Shown here one piece after another: positions 29,032 to 40,049 of a stretch of DNA of 64,000 nt; positions within the stretch are counted from its first letter, which is position 1, and each line of letters opens with the position of its first letter. The stretch covers positions 2,020-66,019 of the forward strand of contig JACPEW010000011.1 of assembly GCA_016183305.1 (NCBI GenBank), read 5' to 3'. The stretch comes from Candidatus Daviesbacteria bacterium (lineage in GTDB: Bacteria > Patescibacteriota > Microgenomatia > Daviesbacterales > UBA10151). Under the pieces are notes generated by a model. The model was given only the letters and a program-made list of their open reading frames with translations. It did not search any database and was not told where the DNA came from. The position numbers and the translations under genes were made by a program.

Positions 29032-30075
29032 TTACCAACTACCACTAGCTCCACCTCCACCTGATCCGCCCCCTCCAAACCCACCACTACTGCCTGAGCC
29101 AAAAAAACCACCCCCAGTAATCCACCAATTTGTTGCTTTACCAGCTTTTTTAAGCTTATTATAATTTCTAGAAAGACGCCAATCTAATAATAACCCCAAA
29201 GCACCAAACACTACTGCACAAATTATACCCGTTTCTATTGATTTAACATAGAATCCCAACATAACTCCTAGAAAAAATCCTACTAAACCACCAAACCAGA
29301 TGTTTTTACTTCTAGCCAAAAACGAAAAAAAATAAATTACCGCTACCAAAACCGCTACCCCAATTACAATGAAAAACCCACCACTGATGAGATAATAACT
29401 TCCGTATAATGCCAGCAATATAAACATTAGTAAGACTGCAAGTATTTTGGATTTTGGTGTAGCTTTTTTAAGTATAGACCTCCATACAAAAACAACAATT
29501 ACAATAAGCGCTCCTATAGAACCCAAACCTCTGAGGATATTATCAACTGCATGATAGGAACTTTGAGAAGAAGATTCTTGAGGATTTCCTATCCGATTTT
29601 GTATGGCGGTAACTCCGTTAGTAATCCCCTGATAATAATTTTCCTTTTTGAATTCTGGTGCTATGATATTCCTAATAATTTCTCCTGCCTGACTATCGGT
29701 GATACTTGACTCTAAACCATAACCTACCTCAATTCTCATCTTCCTGTCATCTATCGCTGCTAAAAATAAGATGCCATTATCTCTTGCCTTTTTACCCATT
29801 TTCCATTCTTCAAAAGTCCTAACAGTAAAATCAGTTATGTCTTGACCATTCAGACTTTGTACAGTAGCAACAGCGATCTCATTTGTGGTTCGTTGCCCGT
29901 AGTCCTTCAATATGTTCTCTAAAGTGTTTTTTTGATCAGAGGTTAAAACACCAGCAAAGTCATTGACATAACCAATAGGGGCAGGGATGTGATTTGCATA
30001 AACACCAGTACCAAAGAAAAATAATAAAACTACAGAGAGAATAACGGTAATGAGGTTACGGATAGCATTTGTCAT
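29032..30075 (-). CDS. TPM-domain (YgcG-like) membrane protein with Gly-rich C-terminal tail
   Basis: The N-terminal signal/TM, YVNDFAGVL...ILFLAAIDDRKMRIEVGYGLE and C-terminal TM helices plus GGGSGGGG tail resemble TPM/YgcG family proteins. Confidence 0.8.
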   Translation of the reverse strand: MTNAIRNLITVILSVVLLFFFGTGVYANHIPAPIGYVNDFAGVLTSDQKNTLENILKDYGQRTTNEIAVATVQSLNGQDITDFTVRTFEEWKMGKKARDNGILFLAAIDDRKMRIEVGYGLESSITDSQAGEIIRNIIAPEFKKENYYQGITNGVTAIQNRIGNPQESSSQSSYHAVDNILRGLGSIGALIVIVVFVWRSILKKATPKSKILAVLLMFILLALYGSYYLISGGFFIVIGVAVLVAVIYFFSFLARSKNIWFGGLVGFFLGVMLGFYVKSIETGIICAVVFGALGLLLDWRLSRNYNKLKKAGKATNWWITGGGFFGSGSSGGFGGGGSGGGGASGSW

Positions 30076-30078
30076 TCA

Positions 30079-30651
30079 TTATGGAAACTGTACTTTGGGC
30101 ACGTTTTCGCTATCTTGAACAGATTGGAAATAAGTTTTAGTTGAGAAGCCAAAAACCCCAGCAAAAAGTTTACCAGGCAATGTTGTAGCTGAAGTGTTGT
30201 ATTGCTGAACAAGCTCATTATACCTCCGTCTTTCGACGGCTATCCTATTTTCTGTACCAGCTAATTCATCTTGCAGCTTCAAAACAGCTTGATCGCTTTT
30301 TATCTGAGGATAATTTTCAAAAACAGCAAAAAGTCGAGACAATGTGCCTTCCAGTTGGTTAGCTGCTTGTACTTTGGTCTCCGGGGTTTGAGCGCCAGCA
30401 TACTGAATCCTTGCTGCATTCACATCGCCAAATATTTTTTGCTCTTGTTTTTGTAACCCTTTAACTGATTCTACCAAGTTGGGGATTAAATCATATCTTC
30501 TTTGATATTGAACTTCAACTTGTTTCCATTGACCTTCAATAGCATTAGTCTGAATAATAAAGGAATTGTAGTAACCTACAGAAGCAATGATTAAAACAAC
30601 TATAACAGCAACTATTCCAACCACCGTAGTTAACGTAAACGGAAGTTTCAT
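30079..30651 (-). CDS. LemA family protein
   Basis: N-terminal TM plus YNSFIIQTNAIEGQWKQVEVQYQRRYDLIPNLV is a typical LemA pattern. LemA-TPM is a common pair. Confidence 0.8.
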   Translation of the reverse strand: MKLPFTLTTVVGIVAVIVVLIIASVGYYNSFIIQTNAIEGQWKQVEVQYQRRYDLIPNLVESVKGLQKQEQKIFGDVNAARIQYAGAQTPETKVQAANQLEGTLSRLFAVFENYPQIKSDQAVLKLQDELAGTENRIAVERRRYNELVQQYNTSATTLPGKLFAGVFGFSTKTYFQSVQDSENVPKVQFP

Positions 30652-31062
30652 CTGATTTTAGTATGGAGAATAAAAGACCTATTGTCAAGCAGAATTCTCT
30701 CTCCTGGCTAAGCTTAAATATCAATATAGCCAGAATGGTAGAAATTGGCCAATTGTTTCCAACCTCTTTAAATTTTCTGTATAGTACGGGGAGTAATAAG
30801 TTTTTGCGCATAGGTTGGGTGGGGCAAGAAAACATTAAATTGTTTTTGTGTTCCTGTCCCGCAACAGCGGGACTATAAGTAATAAGCAAAGCTTGCCTTT
30901 TGCCTTCGGCAAAACGTAAAAATCGCGCGCATTCTGTCTTTGTCTTTGCAAAAAATACATAGAGCGGGGCCGGAGGCCGAGCAGATGGAGTGGCGCGCCT
31001 ACCGGTTCGATTTAAAGCAAGTTCGGATTTTTCGATAAAGGTCGACATAATTTTTGGGGACT

Positions 31063-31093
31063 TGACCTTTGGGAAATATTTGGTAGTATAATT
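31063..31093 (+). promoter_or_regulatory. putative sigma70-type promoter for recA (TTGACC-N19-TATAAT), -10 ending 7 nt before the ATG (near-leaderless)
   Basis: Sequence motifs only. Confidence 0.3.
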
Positions 31094-31100
31094 AATAACT

Positions 31101-33539
31101 ATGGCTCAAAATAACTCCAGTAATAATGAAGCCAAAAAAGCTGCAATCTCTGCAGCAATGGCTCAAATCCAAAAACAATATGGTACAGGTTCTATTATGC
31201 GTCTTGGTGAACGCGTTGAAAAATTTGCTACAGATACTATTCCAACTGGTTCTATTGCCTTAGATTTAGCCTTGGGTGTTGGCGGTCTCCCCAAAGGCAG
31301 GATTATTGAGATTTATGGACCTGAAGCTGGCGGAAAATGCGTTACAACAGATACTGTAGTATTTACAGAATATGGTATGGTACCAATTGGTTTTTTAGGC
31401 GATCTCAATCAGAAGGGGTTTCAACCAAAGGAAATAAAGGTATATTCGGAAGGTGGGTTTGCCTATACAAGCCACTTTTATAATAGTGGAGTACAAAAAA
31501 CTATTAAAATAAAGACTTCCTATGGTTTTGAATTAGAAGGTACACCAAATCACAGAGTTCGTGTTTTGGATAATCAGGGAGAGTATATTTGGCGGCGGCT
31601 TGATCAATTAAAGATTGATGACAGTATTGCTATCCAAAGAGGGCAATATTGTTTTGGTTCAGGAGCTGATTTATCAAACTTTGGATATATAAAAAACAAA
31701 AACAACAGTCGTGGTAAAGATTTTAATCCCCCGTCTGTTCTTACATCTGATTTAGCAAGGCTAATGGGTTATCTAGTTGGTGATGGTACTTGTACGTCAG
31801 GGGGTTTTAATAAAAATGACATCCAGATTACTATTGCAGACGATGAAATAGCTGAAGATTTTTCAAATCTTTGTCTGCGTATTTTTGGAGAAACTCCGAA
31901 AATAACTTTAGATAAGCGTACTAAAAATACACAAAACTTCAGAATTCATAATGCAAAGGCGCGAGTTTTTCTAGCATATGCTGGTTTAGATTATGTTAGC
32001 GCTGAAGGAAAAGAGATTCCTTATTCAGTAATGCAAGGCTCGCAGACAATAGTAGCTAACTTTTTGTCAGCATTGTTCGAGACTGATGGTTGTTTTAGTA
32101 CTAATACTATTGAGTATTATACAAAATCTATAGAACTTATTAAGCAGCTGCAGCTTGTTTTGTTGAATTTCGGTATAGTTTCGAGAATTAAACCTAGACA
32201 AATTAAGAATTATCCAGGTAATACTTATTATTATTTATATATAGATGGAATTAATGATCAAAAAATCTTCTATAAGGAGATAGGATTTATATCCAAGAGA
32301 AAGAATGAAAAACTTCTTTTTTATATCCAACGGGAGCGTCAATATCAAAGCAACAGGGACACAGTTCCTTTTATAAATCATAAGATTGATGAATTGATGA
32401 AAGATTATAGAATTTCTCTAGGCAGTAGTACCAGACAGCATTGGGATGCGGTATATGATTATCGATCTGCTACTCCTGGTCATTCTTCCTTGACTTACCC
32501 CAGATTAAATAAAATTTTAAACATTTTCCAACCGGTAGAAAAATTATCCGTATACCAGGAGTTAAAAGAAATATTTTTGCGGAATATTTTTTGGGATAAG
32601 ATAGTAGAAATGCAACCTTCCAAGTCATTGGTAGTTGATTTTACAGTGCCGGAAACATTATCTTTTTTTGGAAGTGGTTTTATTAATCATAATACTACAG
32701 TGGCCCTTCATGTTATAGCTGAAGCTCAAAAAAAAGGCGGGGTAGCAGCTTTTATTGATGCAGAACATGCTTTAGACCCGCAAAGAGCTCAAAAGATTGG
32801 AGTAAATTTAGATGATTTGCTTATTTCTCAACCAGACACAGGTGAGCAGGGTTTGGAAATTGCAGAAAGTTTAATCCGGTCTGGTGGGATTGATGTGTTA
32901 GTCATAGATTCTGTAGCAGCATTAGTTCCTAGGTCAGAACTGGAAGGAGAGATGGGAGATTCTTCCATGGGTGTGCAAGCCCGTTTGATGTCTCAAGCCT
33001 TAAGGAAGTTAACTGGAGCAGTTTCTAATACCAATACCATTGTTATTTTCACAAATCAGTTAAGACAAAAAATTGGAGTGATGTTTGGTAATCCGGAAAC
33101 AACTACCGGAGGATTAGCCCTGAAATTTTATTCATCAATAAGATTGGATGTCAGAAAAATTGAGAATATAAAGGATGGGGATTTGGTGGTGGGTTCAAGG
33201 CACAGAGTTAAAGTAGTAAAAAATAAAGTCGCTCCCCCATTCAGGATTGCTGAATTTGATATGGATGAAAATGGTATTTCACATGAAGGAGAGCTTTTAG
33301 ATGTAGGAATTGAGCTAGGAATCTTGACTAAATCAGGTGCTTTTATTAAATGGAAGGAAAAGTTATTAGGCCAGGGCAGAGCTGCATCTGCTGCTTACTT
33401 AAAAGAGAATAAAAAAGAGGCTGAAAAATTAGAAAAAGAGATTAGAGATGCTTGGACTAAGCAAAAAGAAGGCAAAGAAAAAATCGTAGTTGGTCAAGAA
33501 GAAGAAACTTCAGCAGGTGCTTTAGAAGAAGCGGTTTAA
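31101..33539 (+). CDS. recA: recombinase RecA containing a 452-aa intein with LAGLIDADG homing-endonuclease domain
   Basis: N-extein ends GPEAGGK. Intein starts at Cys (CVTTDTVVF) and ends HN before TTVALHV. Spliced product restores the P-loop [23 protein letters not shown]. Two LAGLIDADG blocks ([22 protein letters not shown]). Confidence 0.9.
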   Translation: MAQNNSSNNEAKKAAISAAMAQIQKQYGTGSIMRLGERVEKFATDTIPTGSIALDLALGVGGLPKGRIIEIYGPEAGGKCVTTDTVVFTEYGMVPIGFLGDLNQKGFQPKEIKVYSEGGFAYTSHFYNSGVQKTIKIKTSYGFELEGTPNHRVRVLDNQGEYIWRRLDQLKIDDSIAIQRGQYCFGSGADLSNFGYIKNKNNSRGKDFNPPSVLTSDLARLMGYLVGDGTCTSGGFNKNDIQITIADDEIAEDFSNLCLRIFGETPKITLDKRTKNTQNFRIHNAKARVFLAYAGLDYVSAEGKEIPYSVMQGSQTIVANFLSALFETDGCFSTNTIEYYTKSIELIKQLQLVLLNFGIVSRIKPRQIKNYPGNTYYYLYIDGINDQKIFYKEIGFISKRKNEKLLFYIQRERQYQSNRDTVPFINHKIDELMKDYRISLGSSTRQHWDAVYDYRSATPGHSSLTYPRLNKILNIFQPVEKLSVYQELKEIFLRNIFWDKIVEMQPSKSLVVDFTVPETLSFFGSGFINHNTTVALHVIAEAQKKGGVAAFIDAEHALDPQRAQKIGVNLDDLLISQPDTGEQGLEIAESLIRSGGIDVLVIDSVAALVPRSELEGEMGDSSMGVQARLMSQALRKLTGAVSNTNTIVIFTNQLRQKIGVMFGNPETTTGGLALKFYSSIRLDVRKIENIKDGDLVVGSRHRVKVVKNKVAPPFRIAEFDMDENGISHEGELLDVGIELGILTKSGAFIKWKEKLLGQGRAASAAYLKENKKEAEKLEKEIRDAWTKQKEGKEKIVVGQEEETSAGALEEAV
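31338..32693 (+). mobile_element. RecA intein (P-loop insertion) with LAGLIDADG endonuclease
   Basis: Cys1 ... His-Asn / Thr+1 boundaries; Hint blocks plus double LAGLIDADG. Confidence 0.85.
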
Positions 33540-34201
33540 TGTCTAAAATAACCTCAGTAGAACCTCAAAAGAAAAACCCGAAAAGATTCAATATATTTTT
33601 AGATGGAGAATTTGCTTTTGGAGCAGATGAAGATTTAGTGGTTAATAGCAGGTTGGTAGTAGGTAAGGTGGTTCCGTCAGAAGAGCTCCAAAAAATATTA
33701 TTTGAGGTAGAGGTGGGGAAGTTGATGGAAAGAATGTACCGGTGGTTTGCCTTAAGGCAGCATTCAGAAAAGGAAGTCAGGGAATACTTTAGAATTAAGA
33801 ATTTAGAATTAAGAATAAAGGAAAAAGAGCAGATGAGTCAGTTAGTTATTGATGCTACCGTAGAGACCTTAAAGAGGAAAGGGATGGTTAATGATTTAGG
33901 ATTTACTAAAGCTTGGGTAGAAGCCAGAAGAAAAACAAAGCAAAAAGGAATTAAGGCAATAAAACAAGAGCTTTTCCAAAAAGGAATTGATAAGGAGATT
34001 ATTGAAGAAGTTATGGGTTATGGGTTAGGAGTTATAAGTGAGGAAGATTTAGCAAAACAGGCATTGGAGAAAAAGATGAAATTCTTGAAACATTTGAATA
34101 CTTTGGATCTGAAGAAAAAAGCGTATGAGTTTTTACTTAGAAAAGGTTTTGAATATGAGGTGGTTAAAAAAACAATTGAAAGTTTGACAAAAAAAGTGTA
34201 A
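33539..34201 (+). CDS. recX: regulatory protein RecX
   Basis: Position immediately after recA; three-helical-repeat-like sequence. Confidence 0.7.
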   Translation: MSKITSVEPQKKNPKRFNIFLDGEFAFGADEDLVVNSRLVVGKVVPSEELQKILFEVEVGKLMERMYRWFALRQHSEKEVREYFRIKNLELRIKEKEQMSQLVIDATVETLKRKGMVNDLGFTKAWVEARRKTKQKGIKAIKQELFQKGIDKEIIEEVMGYGLGVISEEDLAKQALEKKMKFLKHLNTLDLKKKAYEFLLRKGFEYEVVKKTIESLTKKV

Positions 34202-34319
34202 AATAAAATAAGAGAATTAGATAGAGTAAGTGAAATTATGATGAAAGTAATTCTCGGAAATTTAATACTTTCTTTCAGCTCCAGATAAGCGGAGCGTTTT
34301 TCTGATTCTCCAATAAATT

Positions 34320-35645
34320 ATGCAAAGAACATTTGGACCTATTAAGAGTAATAATGATGGGGGTTTTGTTAAACAAGAAGCAGAACTGGCTAAAAGGGAG
34401 GGTATTTTAGAAGAAAGAGAACGTCAAATCAGTGAAAAACAAAAGCTGATTGACGAAAAGCTTGAGCAGCTGGAAAAGATCAGAAAAGATTTAGTATCTA
34501 AGTTGGAAAAAGTTTCTTCTGTATCCCGTGACGAAGCCCAAAAGATCTTACTGGAGAATCTGGATCAGGAACTGGCTGGTGAGATTTCTAAAAAAATTAA
34601 AGAAGCTGAAGAAGAAATTAAGCTTACTGCAGATGAAAAAGCCAGAGAAGTTTTAGCTGATGCTATAAGGCATGGTGTTACTGATTATATCTCTGAATTT
34701 ACTACTTCAAAAGTTAGGCTGCCTGATGAAGAGATGAAAGGCAGGATTATTGGTAAGGAAGGCAGGAATGTTAGAACTTTTGAACAAGCTACAGGTGTTG
34801 ATGTAGTGATGGACGATGAAATCCCCGGTACTTTAATACTTTCTTCGTTTGATCCGGTAAGGCGTGAAATTGCCAAAGTTTCTTTAGAAAGATTAATGGA
34901 AGACGGGAGAATTCAACCCCAAAGAATTGAAGAGATAGTACAAAAAACTCAAGGGGATATTAATAAATTAATGAGGCAAGCAGGAGAAAAACTTTGCCAT
35001 GATGTTGGGGTCTATAATCTACCTGTTGAGCTTGTGGATATTATCGGTAGATTTAAATATAGATACTCCTATGGCCAGAATTTAATTTTACATACTCAGG
35101 AAGAAACCCAAATTGGTATAGCTTTAGCTAAAGAACTTGGGGCAGATGTTAATGTAGTAAGACTTGGGTGTTTACTGCATGATATAGGTAAAGTTGTTAC
35201 AGAAGGAGACGAAGGCACTCATGTTGATAAAGGCGTACAACTTGCCAAAAAATTTGGTCTGCCGGAAAAAGTCATTAATTGTATTGCAGAACATCATGAA
35301 GATAAACCTTTCTCAGCAGTAGAATCAATAATAGTTTATATTGCTGATGCTATTTCTGGAGGCAGGCCTGGAGCAAGACATGAGAATGTAGGGGATTATA
35401 TTAAGAGAATGGATGATATAGAAAAAATTGCTATTTCTTTTGAAGGAGTTGAAAAGGCCTTTGCTGTTCAGGCTGGTAGGGAAGTTAGGGTGATTGTAAC
35501 CCCAGAAAGAATTCCTGATGAAGAGCTGCCAAAATTAGTTCATGATATAGCTGAGAGAATTTCTAAAGAAGTAATGGTGCCAGGTGCTGTTAAAATTACT
35601 GCTATTAGAGAAACCCGTTATTCAGAAACCACAATGACTGTTTGA
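34320..35645 (+). CDS. rny: ribonuclease Y (KH + HD domains), apparently lacking the N-terminal membrane anchor
   Basis: Coiled-coil; KH (RIIGKEGRNVRTFEQATGVDV); HD (LLHDIGK...). Confidence 0.85.
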   Translation: MQRTFGPIKSNNDGGFVKQEAELAKREGILEERERQISEKQKLIDEKLEQLEKIRKDLVSKLEKVSSVSRDEAQKILLENLDQELAGEISKKIKEAEEEIKLTADEKAREVLADAIRHGVTDYISEFTTSKVRLPDEEMKGRIIGKEGRNVRTFEQATGVDVVMDDEIPGTLILSSFDPVRREIAKVSLERLMEDGRIQPQRIEEIVQKTQGDINKLMRQAGEKLCHDVGVYNLPVELVDIIGRFKYRYSYGQNLILHTQEETQIGIALAKELGADVNVVRLGCLLHDIGKVVTEGDEGTHVDKGVQLAKKFGLPEKVINCIAEHHEDKPFSAVESIIVYIADAISGGRPGARHENVGDYIKRMDDIEKIAISFEGVEKAFAVQAGREVRVIVTPERIPDEELPKLVHDIAERISKEVMVPGAVKITAIRETRYSETTMTV

Positions 35646-35823
35646 CAAATTGGTTTTTCCTGATATACTTTATTTATAATTTAATACTTAAAATGCGTTT
35701 GAGTCTACCGCAGTAGACAAGCAGCATACATCAGCATTAAGCAGAGTATGACAGAAATTGAAACTGTGTAAATACAATAAGCGTGTCGGCAACGGAGCGT
35801 TGTGAGATAGATTTTCTACAGTG

Positions 35824-35847
35824 ATCCTCCGGATGGAGGATTTTTTG
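35824..35847 (+). terminator. rho-independent terminator
   Basis: ATCCTCC-ggat-GGAGGAT followed by TTTTTT. Confidence 0.6.
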
Positions 35848-36334
35848 TAGGAAGTTTAAGCAAGGTGGTACCGCCCTCAAAATGAGAGCCCTTGTTAGAT
35901 GATTAACCTTAATGGTTAGTAGTTTAACAAAGGTTTTTTAGTGAGAAAATATGAAAGAGGTGAATAAAATATGGCAGCAAAAATTGAATTAGGTACAGGT
36001 TGATCTGTTGAACCAGAGTATGCTGATGGAAAAAGTAACTTTATCCTAAAAGATGGATAATTGGTAACATTAGTCTCAGTAACTGGGGCATTAACAGTTG
36101 TTTCTTGCAAACATGGGACTTGGGTTGGCTCAAGAGGGTATAATTCTTTCAAGCCAGAAGGTGAGGTATCAGTAAAGGAGCGATAAAAGGCTTTTAGCTA
36201 TTTTGGGGCTTGATAAAAGGGAAAACTTTTGGTAAGTTATGCGTGTTATGACAAAGAATATCAGCAAACACTAGAAATTATAATCTAATTTACTATGGAT
36301 GTTGATTTCTGATATTTTTTGCTATGTTAAGCTT

Positions 36335-36607
36335 ATGACAAAAAATGAACTAATTGAAAAAGTAGCTAAGAAGGCAAATTTGACCAAAAGAGCTGCTGCA
36401 GATGCAGTCAATACTACTTTTAACCTGGTTAGAGATGGGTTAGTCAAAGGAGAAAAAGTGGTTATCACTGGTTTCGGAACTTTTCTAATCAGATCAAGAG
36501 CAGCAAGGCGTGGCAGAAACCCTCAAACTGGAGAAACTATTCAAATTCCTAACAAAAAAACTCCAGGTTTTGCTGCTGGTAAAACCCTAAAAAGATTAAT
36601 TAAATAG
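36335..36607 (+). CDS. DNA-binding protein HU
   Basis: Start at MTKNELIEKVAKK; HU/IHF fold with GFGTF and RNPQTGE arm motif. Confidence 0.88.
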   Translation: MTKNELIEKVAKKANLTKRAAADAVNTTFNLVRDGLVKGEKVVITGFGTFLIRSRAARRGRNPQTGETIQIPNKKTPGFAAGKTLKRLIK

Positions 36608-36616
36608 CTCCTTTTT

Positions 36617-37576
36617 ATGCTCCGAGTTCTAAACTCTTTTAAAGTCCGATCCGGGTTGAAATTAGTTGATTACCGTTTAGGAGAAGATTTAGATTCTCAA
36701 GAGATTAAAGTCTATTTCCAATCCAGGGATTACAAAATTGGAAACTTACAAAATAGTGGTAGGCATGTCACAGGAATTTTAACTAAAGCAGGAGAAAAAT
36801 ATTTCCTAAAATTATCAACCAGTGAAGGAATTAGTATTGTTACCCAAAACGAATTTAACTGGAATAATTATTTTAATGCTAATAATCTTAATAATAAGTT
36901 TCATGTCCCCAAAAACTTCGATAGTGGTTATTTTAAAGATAAATACTTTTATTTAATTACCAACTATTTTAATGGCAAATTGCTTTGCCAATTCCGTGAC
37001 CAATACCAAAATCTTAATTTATTAACTAAGTCTCTTACGCAAATTATAGAGCTTGCTGAAAACATACAGCAGCTCCCAGACTATACATTTGCTATTGCTC
37101 AATACCAAGATGGAGATTCAAAATTAAGGTTTATTAATAAAGCGAACGCTTGGTTTGATGATATACCAATTAACATTCGTGACAAATATAATCTTCAATT
37201 ACTTATTAAAGTAGCTATAAAAGGAATTGATAAATTATTTAGCAAGCCTAGGCATGGAGATTTTGCCCCTTGGCATATTATGACGCTGGGAAATAATAAA
37301 TTAGGGTTGATTGATGGTGAACATGCTTTATCAGATGGGGTAGAAAATTATGATATTTGTTATTTTATTCAGCGGGTTTTTAGTGTCTTAAAAAAACCTG
37401 ATATTGCTGAAAATATTTATTTGGAATTGAGAAAAAGAAAATATGAAGTAGAGAAATTAAAAACAATACTGGCAGCAAGGGCAATAGGAGGATTTTTAGA
37501 TGAATCATTAAACAGTAACCCAGATTATATGTTTGCTAATGCTTTTAAGGATTGGGTTCTAGCACTAAATGATTAG
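36617..37576 (+). CDS. protein kinase-like/aminoglycoside-phosphotransferase-fold protein
   Basis: HGDFAPWHIM (HGD catalytic-loop-like) and LIDGEHA (DxE/D metal-binding-like) motifs. Asn/Tyr-rich. Confidence 0.5.
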   Translation: MLRVLNSFKVRSGLKLVDYRLGEDLDSQEIKVYFQSRDYKIGNLQNSGRHVTGILTKAGEKYFLKLSTSEGISIVTQNEFNWNNYFNANNLNNKFHVPKNFDSGYFKDKYFYLITNYFNGKLLCQFRDQYQNLNLLTKSLTQIIELAENIQQLPDYTFAIAQYQDGDSKLRFINKANAWFDDIPINIRDKYNLQLLIKVAIKGIDKLFSKPRHGDFAPWHIMTLGNNKLGLIDGEHALSDGVENYDICYFIQRVFSVLKKPDIAENIYLELRKRKYEVEKLKTILAARAIGGFLDESLNSNPDYMFANAFKDWVLALND

Positions 37577-37580
37577 GTTG

Positions 37581-38801
37581 CTAAAAGGGGTTTTTAGATA
37601 AGTTAATTGCAAAAAATATATTAATTAGGTTTCTTGGAAGAAATACTCCAGTAAGATAAGGATATAATAAAGCAAAGCTGAGTATGATTAGCAATATTAT
37701 TACTAATGCTAATTTTTTTGCTTGTTGATTAGCTAAAAGCTTATTTAGTTGATAGCCTAAAGCTAAGCTTAAAAAAGGCACTGACGGGCTAAAGTGGTAT
37801 AAAAACATTATTCTGGGAGATGCTGCCCAAGGTAACCAAAAAGCTAAAAATCCTAAAATAATAAGGAATAAATTTACAAATCTTTTTCTGATAACCTCTA
37901 TAGCAGTCAATATGATGGCAATACTGCCTGCCCAAAAGAGTGCTGGATTGCCAGAAGTAAAGATATTAGCCATGGTGTTTTTTTGATAATCTACAAAATA
38001 CCAAACAGGGTAAAGATTTAAAGGCCAAGACCACCACGGTGAAGTATATGTATGAGTGGCTTTTAGATTAGTATGATACCACCACATTTGCTGTTGCAGC
38101 TCCTTAAATTGGTCAAAACTATGTCCCAGTAAAAAGAAAGGTAAATAACTGATAAAATAAATGATTGGAGGAAGCATAATAAAAAAGGTAATTTGGCGGT
38201 AATGTTTATCTTTAAGTAGTATCGGTAAAAAGATTAGGTAAGCGTACGCGCCTGCCCATTTACTGGATATAGCCAGTCCTAAAAAAATAGCTGAGATAAT
38301 AAATCTTTTGTTAAGCAGAAAAAATAAAGCAGCCAGAAAAAAAGTAACATAATAAATATCATTCATGCCTGTTCTTGACTGGACAAAATTAAGGCCATCT
38401 AGAGAGAAAGCAAATGCAGCTATTAAAGCTGCATTTTGATTTTTTAATAGCCTAATACCTAACAGATAAACTAAATAAACAGATAAAATACCTAATATAA
38501 CTCCAGGCAATCTATAGGCCCAGGCATCCTGTGTACCAGTGATAAACATTGAAACAGCCATTAGTTCCTTGGCTAAAGGAGGATGAGTCCATTCAAATGC
38601 TACCCCAGGTGGTGGGCTAGTCCACCATTCCCAGGCTTCTTTGCTTCCTTTTAAATATTCTTTAGCAGTAAAAGCATGATAAACTTCATCAAATACAAAC
38701 TTATTTGGATAGTCTAATTTATATAAGCGCAAAAAGGCAGTCAGAAGCAGAAGCAGAATTAATATTTTTTTTGGACTAACTTCTTTTTGCAGCAATCTCA
38801 T
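37581..38801 (-). CDS. GT39/PMT-family (phospholipid-carrier-dependent) membrane glycosyltransferase
   Basis: The VFDEVYHAFTAKEYL motif in the first loop and multiple TM helices resemble the PMT/PMT_2 family. Confidence 0.7.
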   Translation of the reverse strand: MRLLQKEVSPKKILILLLLLTAFLRLYKLDYPNKFVFDEVYHAFTAKEYLKGSKEAWEWWTSPPPGVAFEWTHPPLAKELMAVSMFITGTQDAWAYRLPGVILGILSVYLVYLLGIRLLKNQNAALIAAFAFSLDGLNFVQSRTGMNDIYYVTFFLAALFFLLNKRFIISAIFLGLAISSKWAGAYAYLIFLPILLKDKHYRQITFFIMLPPIIYFISYLPFFLLGHSFDQFKELQQQMWWYHTNLKATHTYTSPWWSWPLNLYPVWYFVDYQKNTMANIFTSGNPALFWAGSIAIILTAIEVIRKRFVNLFLIILGFLAFWLPWAASPRIMFLYHFSPSVPFLSLALGYQLNKLLANQQAKKLALVIILLIILSFALLYPYLTGVFLPRNLINIFFAINLSKNPF

Positions 38802-40017
38802 GTTTGAGTATATTAATACTAATTAAAATAAAAAGACTAAAAGAAATCAATGACAAACCCTTGCTATTTTCATTTAATAAGTTATAAACAGTTGGATTAT
38901 ATAGTAATTTTGGTAACTGAAAATATACTTCATTGAAGTAAACATAAACATAGTATAAATTAAAAAAATGCAAAAAAGTTAATAAACTGGTTAGTACTAG
39001 TAATAATCTATCTCTATATAGAGAGCTTAATAATATTAAAAAAATTAACGCAGGATAAAGATATCTCTCATGTACTTTAGTGGGTAAAAAGAAGAATCCT
39101 AAAAAAGCTAGTGTTGCTAATGCGTAGATGGATAGTTTCTTCCTAGTATAAAAGTATCCCAGTATAATCCAGTAAGAACTAAATAAAATAATACCTATAG
39201 TTTGATAAGAGAGATTATTCCAAATCGTCTTATCAGGAATCCAAAACCCAACTACCCCCCAAAAATTGTAAGCATTTAAAGAGGTATAAGGATACTCTCC
39301 TGCTGTATTAAGAATATGTTGAACAAGACTTATTGTTGTTTGGTTTGGGAAAAACGGAACAGCTAAAACAAAAATTATTAAAAGTCCTGGTATTGTTAAT
39401 TTAATTATATTTGAAAGCTTGAAATGGTGTACAAGATAAATAGCTAGTATTGGGGCTATAGCTATAGCTTGTGGTTTGATTAAAAAAGCTACACCAAACA
39501 TAATTGAACTTAAAATTAAGTGATTATCTTTTAAGGCAATTAGAGTAATCAATAAAAATAATGCCAAAACACTATCGATTTGTCCCCAGATGGAACTGTT
39601 AAATAAAATAGCTGGATTAAATACAATTAAGCTAAGAGCAAGTAAAGCAAGTATAAGGGAAACTTTTTTCCTAACTTCTTGATATATCAATATCCCAATT
39701 ATTAAATCACAAATAATTGCTGGCATTTTAAGCAGGAAATAAAAATTGTTATCAGGAATTAGTAACTGATTTTTTAAAAATCCCAGCAGACCGAGAACAT
39801 ATAAATATCCTGGTGTGTAGTCAGTAAAAATATCTTTGCTGTAAAACTGGGCAAAATTTAAGTTATTTAATCTTATTGCCCAAGCAAACCAGTCATTAAT
39901 ATCAATTTGAAACCCGGAAAGCGGTGCTAGTAAAAGCCTAAAAGTAATACCGGCCAAAAGTAAGAGAATTAATATTTTATTTTCTTTATTTAAAAATATA
40001 GTTTTCACCCTTACCAT
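38776..40017 (-). CDS. polytopic membrane protein, putative GT-C-fold glycosyltransferase
   Basis: About 11 hydrophobic segments; overlaps the downstream gene start by 26 nt. Confidence 0.55.
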   Translation of the reverse strand: MVRVKTIFLNKENKILILLLLAGITFRLLLAPLSGFQIDINDWFAWAIRLNNLNFAQFYSKDIFTDYTPGYLYVLGLLGFLKNQLLIPDNNFYFLLKMPAIICDLIIGILIYQEVRKKVSLILALLALSLIVFNPAILFNSSIWGQIDSVLALFLLITLIALKDNHLILSSIMFGVAFLIKPQAIAIAPILAIYLVHHFKLSNIIKLTIPGLLIIFVLAVPFFPNQTTISLVQHILNTAGEYPYTSLNAYNFWGVVGFWIPDKTIWNNLSYQTIGIILFSSYWIILGYFYTRKKLSIYALATLAFLGFFFLPTKVHERYLYPALIFLILLSSLYRDRLLLVLTSLLTFLHFFNLYYVYVYFNEVYFQLPKLLYNPTVYNLLNENSKGLSLISFSLFILISINILKHEIAAKRS

Positions 40018-40049
40018 ATTTTAAACTTTTTGTATTAATATAAGTAGAT

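Noticed and set aside
30545-31048. 167-aa minus-strand ORF overlapping the LemA start
   Set aside because: It overlaps the LemA N-terminus out of frame and spans the GC-rich patch in the divergent promoter region. A ccGGTTCGATT motif at about 31010 was checked as a possible tRNA T-arm, but no cloverleaf could be built.
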